Source: Candidatus Cloacimonadales bacterium
GTDB lineage: Bacteria > Cloacimonadota > Cloacimonadia > Cloacimonadales > DAONDQ01
NCBI GenBank assembly: GCA_963662275.1
Contig: OY759316.1
Coordinates: 1,920,001-1,984,000 of the forward strand
Direction: 5' to 3'
Length of the DNA stretch: 64,000 nt
Part shown: piece after piece, positions 30,201 to 39,300 of the stretch
How the letters are laid out: each line of letters begins with the position of its first letter
How positions within the stretch are numbered: position 1 is the stretch's first letter
Program-made: the position numbers and the translations under genes
Notes under the pieces: generated by a model
Told to the model about the DNA's origin: nothing
Database searches by the model: none
What the model saw: the letters and a program-made list of their open reading frames with translations, nothing else

Positions 30201-32270
30201 AGGTGGATACAAGCTGCTGGAAACTACAGCGCTTTTGATAAGTGTACCATTTAAATACAATTTGAGATTATTCCCGTCAAAAGTACCTGCTACATGCATC
30301 CATTCTCCTGTTACCAGTACACTATCAGCTTTGAATCCAAATAATGAACCATTTTGTCTTTTTATATAGAAATGCAGTGCCTTATAACCGCCATAGATGG
30401 TTCCATCATAACGTAAAACAGCCGTTTCAGGTGCTAGGGTAATGTATCTTTGCACTGTTCCGTTCAGGCTGTTGTGATTAATCCACGCTTCTATTGTAAA
30501 GGCGGTCAGAGAAGTATTAATTCCTGTTCCGGTAACATAATCACCACTTCCATCAAAGTTTAGAGCGTTACCTGGAATACTGACCGGACCTAAGGTGGTA
30601 AAAGACCAAATGGGGCAATCACTTGCATTACCACCGGAATTGTAAGGAACAACCTGCCAGTAGTATGTCGTATTCATAGCCAGTTGGGTGGAAGGGGTGT
30701 ATGATGTACTGGTGCCAATATCCATGTTGCTTGCAATTGATGAAGGTGGTGTTACACCATTGCCGTCAGTACCAAAATTTAACATGTATCCGGTTGGTGA
30801 TCCGGAACCCTCTGCCCAATGTAATGAAATATTACGTATAATATTATTTGCGGCATCGGAAGGTGACACAAGGACAGCCGGGCTGGGTGGAATTTCTTCG
30901 ATCAGGACATCATCAATCATAATAGGTCCGCCTCCAGAACCATACAACCTGAAGGCAATGAACTTTGTTCCTTCAAATGCGGAGAGATCAAGTGTGATTG
31001 GTGTCCATTCCGTGGGCATTTCATCGCCAGTCCAGTAGTCAGCCAACCCGTTCCCGAAACTCGAGGGATCATTGTTATTATTTCCAATCTGCACTTCCAC
31101 AACGTTACCTGGGTCGGTGCCACCCCTAATCCAGAATTTCAACCAATAATCACGTGTACCAAGATTCAACGCCGGTGTGATCAGAAGGTTTTCATCACCC
31201 CATTCTGAAAAAGCCAAAGCTGACCCTGAGCTATTGTATCCAGCACCATTTCTTTCCCAAGGATTTTCACCGCTTACAACAATTTGCGTCCATTGTGCTG
31301 GAGCCGCTGGAGATCCTTGCCAAGCTGCCTCAAAATCCTGTAAATAGGGAAAGCTATCTACATGGTAGAAGGCATCTGTGGTGATGGATACAGTTGGTGC
31401 GATTCCACCGGTTTTGTAATTGATATCACTTGAGGAATTCGTATATGGGTAAATAACAAAATCATATGTGGCTGCAGCCGATAATCCTGTAAAAGTATAA
31501 GTATTGGTTCCAACCGTATGTACAACATTGACTGCTGCATTATTGTCTGACCAATTGCTATCATCAGGTACAGGAATTCCATCTGTAACGGTTGCAAAAG
31601 ATCCAGATCCTTTTTTGGCTAAAATCAGATATTTTATTGGCAACTGGGTTCCAACTGAACCTGTCCAGGAAAGACTAATTGTCGCTGGATCATAACCTGT
31701 AGAGATAAAATTGGTCGGGAAATTGGTTGGTTCCGGGTAAACAACTAAAGAAGGTAATGTAACATCATCTATAAAAAGATAATACATATTTGTTGAAATT
31801 GCTTGGATAGCGACATATATATTCTGTCCGGTATAAGATGACAAATCATAAGTGTAGAAAGTATAATAATAGCCTGGAGTTACTTCAGTGGCAAGTGTAA
31901 CTGAAAAATCACCTGCTTGGTTCGTCAAAGTTGATAATTTTACATTGAACTTCTCGGGAAACTCCATATCCAAATTTTTTGCCCAGAAAGAAAAAACATG
32001 ATTGGTTAAAGTTGGAGTTAATCTTGGCGTAATTAGCCAATCATTATGAGCTGTGAAGTAGTCAAATGCAATAGCTGCACAAGCTGACCCAGTATGAGCA
32101 GGCTCATCAGTGTATCTTTCCCAGGTATTTCCATCCCCGCCATTTAAAACAGTCCATCCTAATGGCGGAAATGTCGTGCCTTCAAATCCTTCGGTAAGTT
32201 CAACAGAATACAACTGAGAAAATGCACTTAACAGCAATGTCAGGCAAATTAGAAAGTGAATTTTTTTCAT
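27207..32270 (-). CDS. Secreted cleaved-adhesin/FN3/2x LamG/nidogen-like protein (first large gene of the array)
   Basis: 1687 aa ORF, signal peptide, GAGGT RBS, FYYVKAVR end. Confidence 0.9.
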   Translation of the reverse strand: MKKIHFLICLTLLLSAFSQLYSVELTEGFEGTTFPPLGWTVLNGGDGNTWERYTDEPAHTGSACAAIAFDYFTAHNDWLITPRLTPTLTNHVFSFWAKNLDMEFPEKFNVKLSTLTNQAGDFSVTLATEVTPGYYYTFYTYDLSSYTGQNIYVAIQAISTNMYYLFIDDVTLPSLVVYPEPTNFPTNFISTGYDPATISLSWTGSVGTQLPIKYLILAKKGSGSFATVTDGIPVPDDSNWSDNNAAVNVVHTVGTNTYTFTGLSAAATYDFVIYPYTNSSSDINYKTGGIAPTVSITTDAFYHVDSFPYLQDFEAAWQGSPAAPAQWTQIVVSGENPWERNGAGYNSSGSALAFSEWGDENLLITPALNLGTRDYWLKFWIRGGTDPGNVVEVQIGNNNNDPSSFGNGLADYWTGDEMPTEWTPITLDLSAFEGTKFIAFRLYGSGGGPIMIDDVLIEEIPPSPAVLVSPSDAANNIIRNISLHWAEGSGSPTGYMLNFGTDGNGVTPPSSIASNMDIGTSTSYTPSTQLAMNTTYYWQVVPYNSGGNASDCPIWSFTTLGPVSIPGNALNFDGSGDYVTGTGINTSLTAFTIEAWINHNSLNGTVQRYITLAPETAVLRYDGTIYGGYKALHFYIKRQNGSLFGFKADSVLVTGEWMHVAGTFDGNNLKLYLNGTLIKSAVVSSSLYPPSGNFSLSSYGETFDGKMDEMRIWNYARSQAQIRENMHLSLTGMEAGLVNYWQFNESSGTSVLDIINYCNGTMNNMTNDDWVGSTVPFGSGVSNTQTEAAGVVSFTNTDLSMSYTTHNSASVTVNKINASPNTIPTGMNEVFDNQYWVVHRYGTGSFNGNVTLTVSEDLTADDQAHPNQIRLYSRARNTDGNWNVIKTATSVNAALNQATFSGISECSQFLVCRNYPTISNSNGTALTFDGVNDYVNLGNSGSFNTGDYITIEAWIKPNSLAGRSGIFSTRLNNQAGSFQLEVGTGSGGTGRVAVSGVNRWFAQTGDNAISTGEWVHIAYTRDGMSPGSGGGIQHIYINGVSQAISDDNSYSFVSNTSDKVLGCGTSGGQLFNGAMDEVRIWNMARTPDQIRESMYLPLTGSETGLISYWQFNEMTGTRSYDYVSLNNGTLVNMGNEDWVSSTIPFSSGVTNSQNETTGTVTFTGTGLSSFFTTANGSRFTVTKLNGSPNEIPSGLTNVYDSQYWEMNRFGFGSFAANLTFTVSEDLTLSNQYKPSDIKLYRRGSSSDANWQLIASATSVNADLNTVTFNNIATTGQFLIGHIQSPAMNITPTSITQTLYVGDNANTTLSIENTGDQPLNYTISVNGSSRNNSNASTRGSGTPGSYSYSWVDSDQAGGPAFNWIDISSLGTEIITNEVIDYGDSDDGYKIMQLPFNFPYFNSSYNQVQISTNGLLTFNTGYEGSDIDSYPIPDANEPNNLIAAYWEDLSAETWDAHIYFYDDSSNNRVIIEYQNYSHYITSGYFETFEVILNSDGCITMQYLNASALNNLCAVGIENQDGTQGLQIVRNASYIHSNLAIKICPMVSVNSWSGTVNAYSTNQVIVKLNADALWAGDFTSNIIITSNEPDNPQHTIPVNVHVNPYQALNTPQNLAVETIGENIKLSWDAVTTATSYNVYACSNPYGTFIDVTSSGSFNSKNMGAGTKSRATWTSGTTGIDRMFYYVKAVR

Positions 32271-32283
32271 TGATTACCTCTTG

Positions 32284-32604
32284 TTATTTCGCTAGATTAG
32301 TTAACTGTAATTTTTTTAATGATATATCTTCAAAATTGCGATAGTTCTTTAGCTTCAATTGTGAGTGATTAGATATCCCATTTTTATATAGATAAATCAC
32401 AAGCCTAGGATACTTTCCGCTAATTTCTTTAATAAAACTATCTGAACAGCTCTGCTGAAATATTACAGCATCTGGCTTGATTTCCTCGAGTATGCGCAGC
32501 GTATCGCTTTGAGAAACAGAGAGGTAGATGCTGGTATTATCCAGATTCGTGAGAAGCTGGATTAGCTTGGTCATTTCTGAAATTTCATGCACTAATATAT
32601 TCAT
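32284..32604 (-). CDS. Small protein resembling a degenerate receiver (REC) domain
   Basis: 106 aa, GAGGTG RBS. MNILV...EIKPDAVIF...KYPRLVIYL is a REC-like beta/alpha pattern without the Asp after beta3. Confidence 0.65.
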   Translation of the reverse strand: MNILVHEISEMTKLIQLLTNLDNTSIYLSVSQSDTLRILEEIKPDAVIFQQSCSDSFIKEISGKYPRLVIYLYKNGISNHSQLKLKNYRNFEDISLKKLQLTNLAK

Positions 32605-32627
32605 GATTTCACCTCAAATACTATATT

Positions 32628-32643
32628 AGCAAATGAAGAGCCA
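32628..32643 (-). promoter_or_regulatory. sigma-54 (-24/-12) promoter of the array
   Basis: Minus strand TGGCTCTTCATTTGCT (GG-N10-GC), 24 nt upstream of ATG 32604. Confidence 0.85.
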
Positions 32644-32726
32644 CATGTGTAACTGTATGTTATTGATAAAGTTAGAATGGCTTTCAAGAAATGGTTATGA
32701 AAGTTAGTACGATAATTGATAATTTA

Positions 32727-32833
32727 TGGTCAAAAATGACCATTCATAATGCGTACTAACTGTAAAACATAGAGGGAAAAAGGATGTAATTAATACAAAT
32801 TAAGAAAGTTATGAATGTGGTCGAAAATGACCA
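32727..32833. promoter_or_regulatory. Two palindromic upstream activator sites (TGGTC-N6-GACCA)
   Basis: TGGTCAAAAATGACCA at 32727-32742 and TGGTCGAAAATGACCA at 32818-32833. The same pair recurs at 52884 and 52975. Confidence 0.75.
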
Positions 32834-33079
32834 GAAAAGTGAATCTATTTGTATATTTGTATTGGAACCAGCATTAAGCTCTGAATCCCATCGGGATGAT
32901 AGATAATAACGCTCGGATTTCAATACGGCATAAGGCATTCAAAAAAGAACTAAAGTCCCAGGCGATGAAAGGTTGATGTGTCCAAAACAAATCAGATTCC
33001 CTTAGGGAAGAAACATATTAACACTGGATTTCAATCCGGTGAGAGGAAGCTGTTCAGCTATTTGTCCTATTTTGATCAT

Positions 33080-33170
33080 GGTACAATTACTATACCATTA
33101 CGGTAGCATTACGGTAAAAAACCGTAATGCTACCGTAATACTACCGTATTGATAAAGTAATGCTCATATG
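33080..33170. repeat. TACCGTA-type palindromic repeat element (second copy at ~57403-57494)
   Basis: Perfect 19-bp stem ATTACGGTAGCATTACGGT-AAAAA-ACCGTAATGCTACCGTAAT (33097-33139). Flanks GGTAC.ATTACTATA and TGCTCATATG are shared with the 57.4 kb copy. Confidence 0.75.
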
Positions 33171-33180
33171 CTGATTGACC

Positions 33181-33395
33181 CGTCAAAATTGGTCAGCGAA
33201 TGGATATCGTCTGCCCACAGAAGCAGAATGGGAATTTGCAGTACGTGGTGGTAATTCCACACATTGCTATACTTTCAGCTGAAGCAATGACATCACTACG
33301 ATGCATACTTCTGCACTGTTTCCAGTCGGAGCTTCTGCAGTTCGACTACCAGCAGCTGCGTTAAAGGCTTTCGTCTTTGTAGGGTTTCCCCCTGA
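33181..33395 (+). pseudogene. Remnant of an FGE-sulfatase (SUMF1/CLec-fold) gene with a DGR variable-region-like 3' end
   Basis: NWSANGYRLPTEAEWEFAVRGG...FS*SND with an in-frame TGA, then after an apparent deletion/frameshift HYDAYFCTVSSRSFCSSTTSSCVKGFRLCRVSP* (33294-33395). Confidence 0.8.
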
Positions 33396-33592
33396 TTATT
33401 GTCACATGTTGGCTTGTAGTTTGGTATTTTGTTATGTTGTCGAGGTTGAAATCCTGCGTCGCGAGATTTTGGAGTTCCAATATTAACCATTTAACTGACT
33501 GTGTTAATATTCATTGACTATTTTATTAGTTGCATTTTCATATAAACATGAAATATAGCCTTCGATCTGATGAGTAAGTTAGGGGGAAGAAA

Positions 33593-35860
33593 TTGGAAGC
33601 TGGTAAGCAAAAACATAACAATATTGATTCTCTGGATATTCTATCGGAAGAGAAACCAGATTATTTGGTACAGAATTTTGATGCTATTAAAGCCCAATTT
33701 ATCGGCGAGATTCAAGAGTCCAGAGTATCATATTTTCTGACAAAGGCTCTTACTTCGCTGCGCAAGTTTGAACAGGCAGAATTATTGGCTATAGACCTTC
33801 TGAGTCAAGCTGTGATCCATAAAGATTATTATATTTTAGTCAGATGCAATATCATCTTGAGCAAATGCTATGATACTAGAGAAACCCTATACAAGGTCAA
33901 GCCCTGTCTGGAATTGGCTGAAGAATACGCTCGGGCTTCTGAAGACTTGGAACTGATTGTCGAAGCATACAGCCAAATGGGCTCTCATTTACATAAATAC
34001 GATTATGATAAACAGGCGATAGAATGTCACAATAAAGCTGTAGTATTGGTAAAAAATACCCGACCTGGTTTGACTACGGTCAATGCTCTAACGCGTATAG
34101 CAAAAATGTATCTTGATAAACAGGATTTTTTGAAAGTAATCGACTATCTGTCCCAAGCATTGGAAATTAGCAGGAAAGTAGGCATTGGCTTTATCCAGCT
34201 ATCCATTATCAACAATCTAGCCACAGCCTACAATAAACTACAAAAGTATGTGCAGGCTGAAGAACTGCTAGAAAAGGCATTAGATACCTGCCGGTCTCAA
34301 AAATTAAGCAGGCAGGAATTGAGTATATTGTTTAACCTCGGAGTTCAGAAAAACTATCAGTTACAGTTTCAGGCAGCGATAGACTATTATGACCAATGCT
34401 CTCATCTTGCCCAAGATCTCAATTTTAGTAATCCTGCCTTTCTTACAGACTTATACAATAATTATGCCAATTGCTACTGGTTGCTGAAGCAGCCGGATAA
34501 AAGCATTGAGTATCTCAATCGGGCGGAGGAAGTAGCCCGGCAGGCAAATAATACCGCCTTGAGCATTCAAATCAATGTGAATAAAACAAACATACTGATC
34601 GAAACCGGTCAATACTCTGAAGCAAAAGATATACTGATATCTGCCGGGAAATATTATAAGGCAAATAAGAACTATGCTAATTTGTTGGTTGTCCAGCGCA
34701 ACCTGGCATTACTCTTTGCCAGGCAAGAGGATTATAAAAAAAGCTTCAAAACCTATCAGGTTACAGATAAGATTTACATGGATTACATTGCCCAGCTTCT
34801 TTCTGAAAAAGCGGATTCACACAAATTACAATTGGATGAGTTAAGAAGCAGATGTGCTCAGCCAATCAGTTCCATTTTTGATGATTGTTCACAAAGCCAG
34901 TTATCTGGAACAGCAGAATTCATCGGACAGAGTGATACTCATAAGAAAGTGCTTAATTCAGCTTTATTGGCTGCCCAGCACATGAATACCAATGTTTTCA
35001 TCATAGGTGAATCTGGTACAGGTAAAGAAGTGATAGCCAATATTATTCATCAAAACAGCATCCGCCGCAGCTATCCCTTCGTGCCGTTAAACACTTCTGC
35101 AATCTCAGCAGGGATTGTAGAAAGCGAGCTTTTCGGACATACCAAAGGGGCTTTCACTGGGGCTCAGAATCAAACAAAGGGCTTCTTTATTCAAGCACAT
35201 AAAGGTACTCTGTTTCTGGATGAAATAACCGAAATGCCTCATGATTTTCAGGCAAAGCTCTTACGTGTTCTGGAATCTCGCAAAATAACCCCAGTAGGCA
35301 GTTCTATAGAGATCCCCTTCGATTGCAGGGTAATCTCTTCCACCAATCGCAATATATATGACTTGCTGCAAACCAATGAATTCAGGATGGACCTCTTCCA
35401 CAGGCTAAATACCATTGAAATCTTCATTCCGCCCCTGCGTGAAAGACCTGAAGATATTGAAATCCTGCTACACTATTTTGTTGATAAATATTCCTTTGTT
35501 AACAAACACAGCATACCACATATCGACCGATCTTTTATTGATCGGCTGCTCAAGTATCCTTTCCCCGGTAATGTGCGTGAACTCAAGAACATTGTTGAAA
35601 GACTATTTATTATGTCCGGCACTTCTGTATGGAATGACCGAGTACTGGACAGTCTCAAATACTCAAGCTATGACACAGTTCACTCGGCATATGCTTATAA
35701 GCAGACCAAAGCCGAAGAAACTGAAATGATAATCAACGCTTTGCTCCATACCAACGGCAAGCAAAAAGACGCAGCAACGCGATTAAAGATGACCGAAAGC
35801 ACACTCTGCCGGAAGATAGCAAAATACCACTTGGAAAGCTATACTCACAAAGGAAAGTAA
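33593..35860 (+). CDS. sigma-54-dependent transcriptional activator (TPR repeats, AAA+, Fis-type HTH)
   Basis: GESGTGKE Walker A, ELFGHTKGAFTGA, LFLDEI Walker B, FPGNVREL, C-terminal HTH, N-terminal TPR-like helices. Confidence 0.93.
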   Translation: MEAGKQKHNNIDSLDILSEEKPDYLVQNFDAIKAQFIGEIQESRVSYFLTKALTSLRKFEQAELLAIDLLSQAVIHKDYYILVRCNIILSKCYDTRETLYKVKPCLELAEEYARASEDLELIVEAYSQMGSHLHKYDYDKQAIECHNKAVVLVKNTRPGLTTVNALTRIAKMYLDKQDFLKVIDYLSQALEISRKVGIGFIQLSIINNLATAYNKLQKYVQAEELLEKALDTCRSQKLSRQELSILFNLGVQKNYQLQFQAAIDYYDQCSHLAQDLNFSNPAFLTDLYNNYANCYWLLKQPDKSIEYLNRAEEVARQANNTALSIQINVNKTNILIETGQYSEAKDILISAGKYYKANKNYANLLVVQRNLALLFARQEDYKKSFKTYQVTDKIYMDYIAQLLSEKADSHKLQLDELRSRCAQPISSIFDDCSQSQLSGTAEFIGQSDTHKKVLNSALLAAQHMNTNVFIIGESGTGKEVIANIIHQNSIRRSYPFVPLNTSAISAGIVESELFGHTKGAFTGAQNQTKGFFIQAHKGTLFLDEITEMPHDFQAKLLRVLESRKITPVGSSIEIPFDCRVISSTNRNIYDLLQTNEFRMDLFHRLNTIEIFIPPLRERPEDIEILLHYFVDKYSFVNKHSIPHIDRSFIDRLLKYPFPGNVRELKNIVERLFIMSGTSVWNDRVLDSLKYSSYDTVHSAYAYKQTKAEETEMIINALLHTNGKQKDAATRLKMTESTLCRKIAKYHLESYTHKGK

Positions 35861-35876
35861 TCACTGTCATGGAATA

Positions 35877-35918
35877 AATTGCATTATGAAATTGCATTTC
35901 ATACTATGCAATGCAATT
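35877..35918. promoter_or_regulatory. TGCA-rich imperfect palindrome, candidate activator binding site
   Basis: AATTGCATT...AATGCAATT with internal ATGAAA/TTTCAT symmetry, ~80 bp upstream of a GG-N10-GC motif. Confidence 0.55.
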
Positions 35919-35997
35919 AATGAGAACAGCCGATCCAACTACTTTTATAACTCATTGAATATAAGGCAATTACGTCAGCATAAATAAAACTGCTCAT

Positions 35998-36013
35998 AGG
36001 TACAGCTTGTGCT
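35998..36013 (+). promoter_or_regulatory. Putative sigma-54 promoter
   Basis: AGGTACAGCTTGTGCT (GG-N10-GC) directly downstream of the bEBP gene. Confidence 0.6.
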
Positions 36014-36026
36014 TCTAATATGGGTT

Positions 36027-36317
36027 ATGAAAACAACAAAGAAAAAAACTGTCATAGTGTCTAAAATTAGCCCCATCTTCGAGAAGATACTCAAAGATGA
36101 AGGTTGCGGTATTTTGGGATTTACTGTTATCTACCCTGAAGACAAGTTCGAAAACATTATTTGTCCTTTCATCTTGAAAAACCGCACGGCTGCTCTCATT
36201 GAAATTGAGCATAAACGACAAGTTTTTCTCAATGATCTTAACAAAGCAAATCCAATCATCTCAACAGATAAACATTCAATTAACATAAAGCCTCGAAAAG
36301 GAGTCTCAAATGAATAA
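36027..36317 (+). CDS. Small hypothetical protein (96 aa) overlapping the next gene start
   Basis: ATG 36027 (MKTTKKK); its stop overlaps the 36310 start region. Confidence 0.55.
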   Translation: MKTTKKKTVIVSKISPIFEKILKDEGCGILGFTVIYPEDKFENIICPFILKNRTAALIEIEHKRQVFLNDLNKANPIISTDKHSINIKPRKGVSNE

Positions 36318-39300
36318 GCATTGCTCTTGGCAAAGGATTTTACCCGTCTTTTTTGTTATCATACTGAGTGGGATCATCCCCTCGCTTTCGTTGCAGCCGT
36401 TGTATGCCCAGACCAATTCGCTTAGTCTGGATCAATCATATACTTCTGGTGCTTTTCAATATTATATGTGGGGCAATTCTACTCTGGAAGTGACAGGGGC
36501 TGGACGTATCACAGAAACTCTGTATATGTATGGAACCAGGATCTTTACGGAGAGACAATATGCCTTATATCAAGGGGCAACCCTAAAAGATGGGCAATCC
36601 TGGCCTGATGATGTGGAGTATACGTCTAATGCCAACAGGTTTGATGCGACCCGCACCACTACCGGATTAGCAGCCGGCACTTACACAGCGATGATTGTGG
36701 TTCAGCAAAGACAAGACGGGACTCCCCACACCTTTCCTGCCAAAATACATTCCATTACCTTGTACGGAGCTCCGGGTATCGGAACTCCAACTCTTACGTC
36801 CAGTACGGCCACATCCCTGACTATATCCGCTACAGCCACCAATATAGGTCATGGTATATCCGGTAGGATAATGGTGGGAAGCACTTGGTACACGGCAACG
36901 GTAACAGGCTCTACATTATCCTATACTGCCACAGGTCTTAGTCCCTATACCAGTTATGCTGTTGATGCTGATGTTACCTCTATCGAAGGCACAGCTGGGG
37001 CTACTGCTACTTCTTTTTCCACACTCGGAGTTGCCCCCACGGTTACTACCCAAAGCGTTTCTGTGATCGCCAGCGCTACAGCTACCGGCAATGGGAGTAT
37101 TACATCTCTGGGTGCACCCAATCCCACTGCCTACGGACATTGCTGGGCTAATACTACCAACCCCACTATTGCCAATAGCTCAAATAACTTGGGTGCTGCG
37201 AGTGCCACAGGAGCCTATATCTCTTCGCTTACAGGCTTAGCTGCCAATACATTGTATTATGTGCGGGCGTATGTCACCAACTCAATCAGTACAACTTATG
37301 GAACTCAGGTCTCCTTTACCACTGCTCCCGGTGCTCCCGGTACTCCGACCAGCACTTATATCACATCTACCGGATTCACGGTAAACTGGACGGCTGCCAC
37401 TGGTGCTACCGGGTATTACCTGGATGTATCTACTTCAGCTTCCTGGGCTTCATATGTGACAGGATACCAAAACCTCCCTGTAGGTAATGTTACAAGCTAC
37501 GCTGTTACCGGTTTGGCTTCTAATACGTACTATTTTTATCGGATAAGAGCTTATAACTCCAATGGAACAAGTGATAATTCTACCAGAATACAGCAAAAGA
37601 CCGGTCCAGCAGCTCCAGCTGCCGGTGCCGCCACTTCAATAACAATCAGTGCTTTTACAGCAAACTGGAGTGCTTCCACCGGAGCAACCAGCTACCGATT
37701 AGATGTCTCCACAGTAAATACTTTTGCCAGTTTTGTCACTGGCTACAATGATTTGAATGTCAGCACAGTATTAACTTATGCGGTCTCTGGTCTTTCTGCC
37801 GGGACTACATATTATTATCGCGTAAGAGCAGTAAATTCAGGTGGAGCAGGCGACAATTCTGCAGTTATAACTGTTGAAACCATCCCAGCAGCTCCGACCG
37901 CCACTGCTGCCACTTCCATTACTACAACGGGATTCTCAGCAAATTGGAGTGCAGTCACGGGTGCAGCCAGCTACAGACTGGATGTTTCAACTGTCAATAC
38001 CTTCGCCAGCTTTGTCACAGGATACAACGATAAGAATGTTGGCTTGGTCGTTACTTCTGCGGTGGTTGGTCTTTCATCTGGCACTACCTATTACTATCGG
38101 TTGAGATCTGTGAATACCGGTGGGACGAGTGCTGTTTCAAACACTATGTCCACTACTACCTACCTGGCTCCCACGGTCACTACCCAGGCAGTTACCGCCA
38201 TTACTGTGGGCACTGCTACCGGTAATGGCAATGTGACAGTCCTTGGTGTACCCAATCCCACTCAGTATGGTCACTGCTGGGCATTGACCTCCAGCCCTAC
38301 AACTGCGAATGCTAAAACCACTCTGGGTGCTAAAAGTACTACTGGTGCCTATACTTCCTCGCTGACCGGACTAACAGCCGGAACACTTTATTTTGTGAGA
38401 GCATATGCCACCAATGCAGCCGGAACAGTTTATGGCAGTGAAGTATCATTTACCACCACGCCAGCTGCTCCTACCGCCACTGCTGCCACTTCTATCACGA
38501 TATCCGGTTTTACAGCCAATTGGTCTGCAGTCACGGGTGCTGCAAGTTACAGGCTGGACGTTTCCACTGTGAGTAGCTTTGCCAGCTACATCACCGGATA
38601 TACCGATAAGAATGTAGCCTCTGTCGTTTCCTATGCCATAGCAAGTTTAACCACAGGTGCTACTTATTACTACCGTGTAAGAGCAGTGAATACCGGTGGC
38701 ACCAGTGCCAATTCCGGTACTATCACCACTATCGTCTATCAAACCCCCACAGTTGTTACTTCGCCGGTTACTGCTGTTACCACCACCTCCGCCACAGGAA
38801 ACGGCAACGTCACTGTCCTGGGTGTGCCCACTCCCACCCAACATGGTCATTGCTGGGCGATTACCTCCAATCCTACTATATCAAACAGTCATACTTCGCT
38901 GGGAGCCAAAATTACTACCGGTGCCTTTACTTCTTCTCTGACCGGACTGCTTGCCGGAACCCAGTACTATGTAGCAGCGTACGCCACCAACGCAGCCGGG
39001 ACATCTTATGATGACGATGCTATATTCGTCACCACTCCTCCGGCTCCTGTAGCCAATGCAGCCACATATATCACATCCACAGGATTTACTGCGAATTGGA
39101 GCGCTGCCACCGGAACCTTCAGCTACCGGCTGGATGTTTCCACTGTAAATACTTTTGCCAGTTGTATCACAGGATACAGTGACCTGACAGTGGGCAATGT
39201 GCTTACCTATGCTGTATCCGGTCTCTCCACCGGAACTACCTATTTTTATCGGGTGAGAGCTGTGAATACGGGTGGAACCAGTGCCAGCTCAAATACTATC

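Noticed and set aside
916..31695. Numerous 60-190 aa plus-strand ORFs within the array
   Set aside because: Antisense shadows of the large minus-strand genes; they recur only because the genes are paralogous
33181..33500. Complete DGR
   Set aside because: No reverse transcriptase, accessory gene or template repeat in the window; the 61- and 64-aa track ORFs here are off-frame shadows
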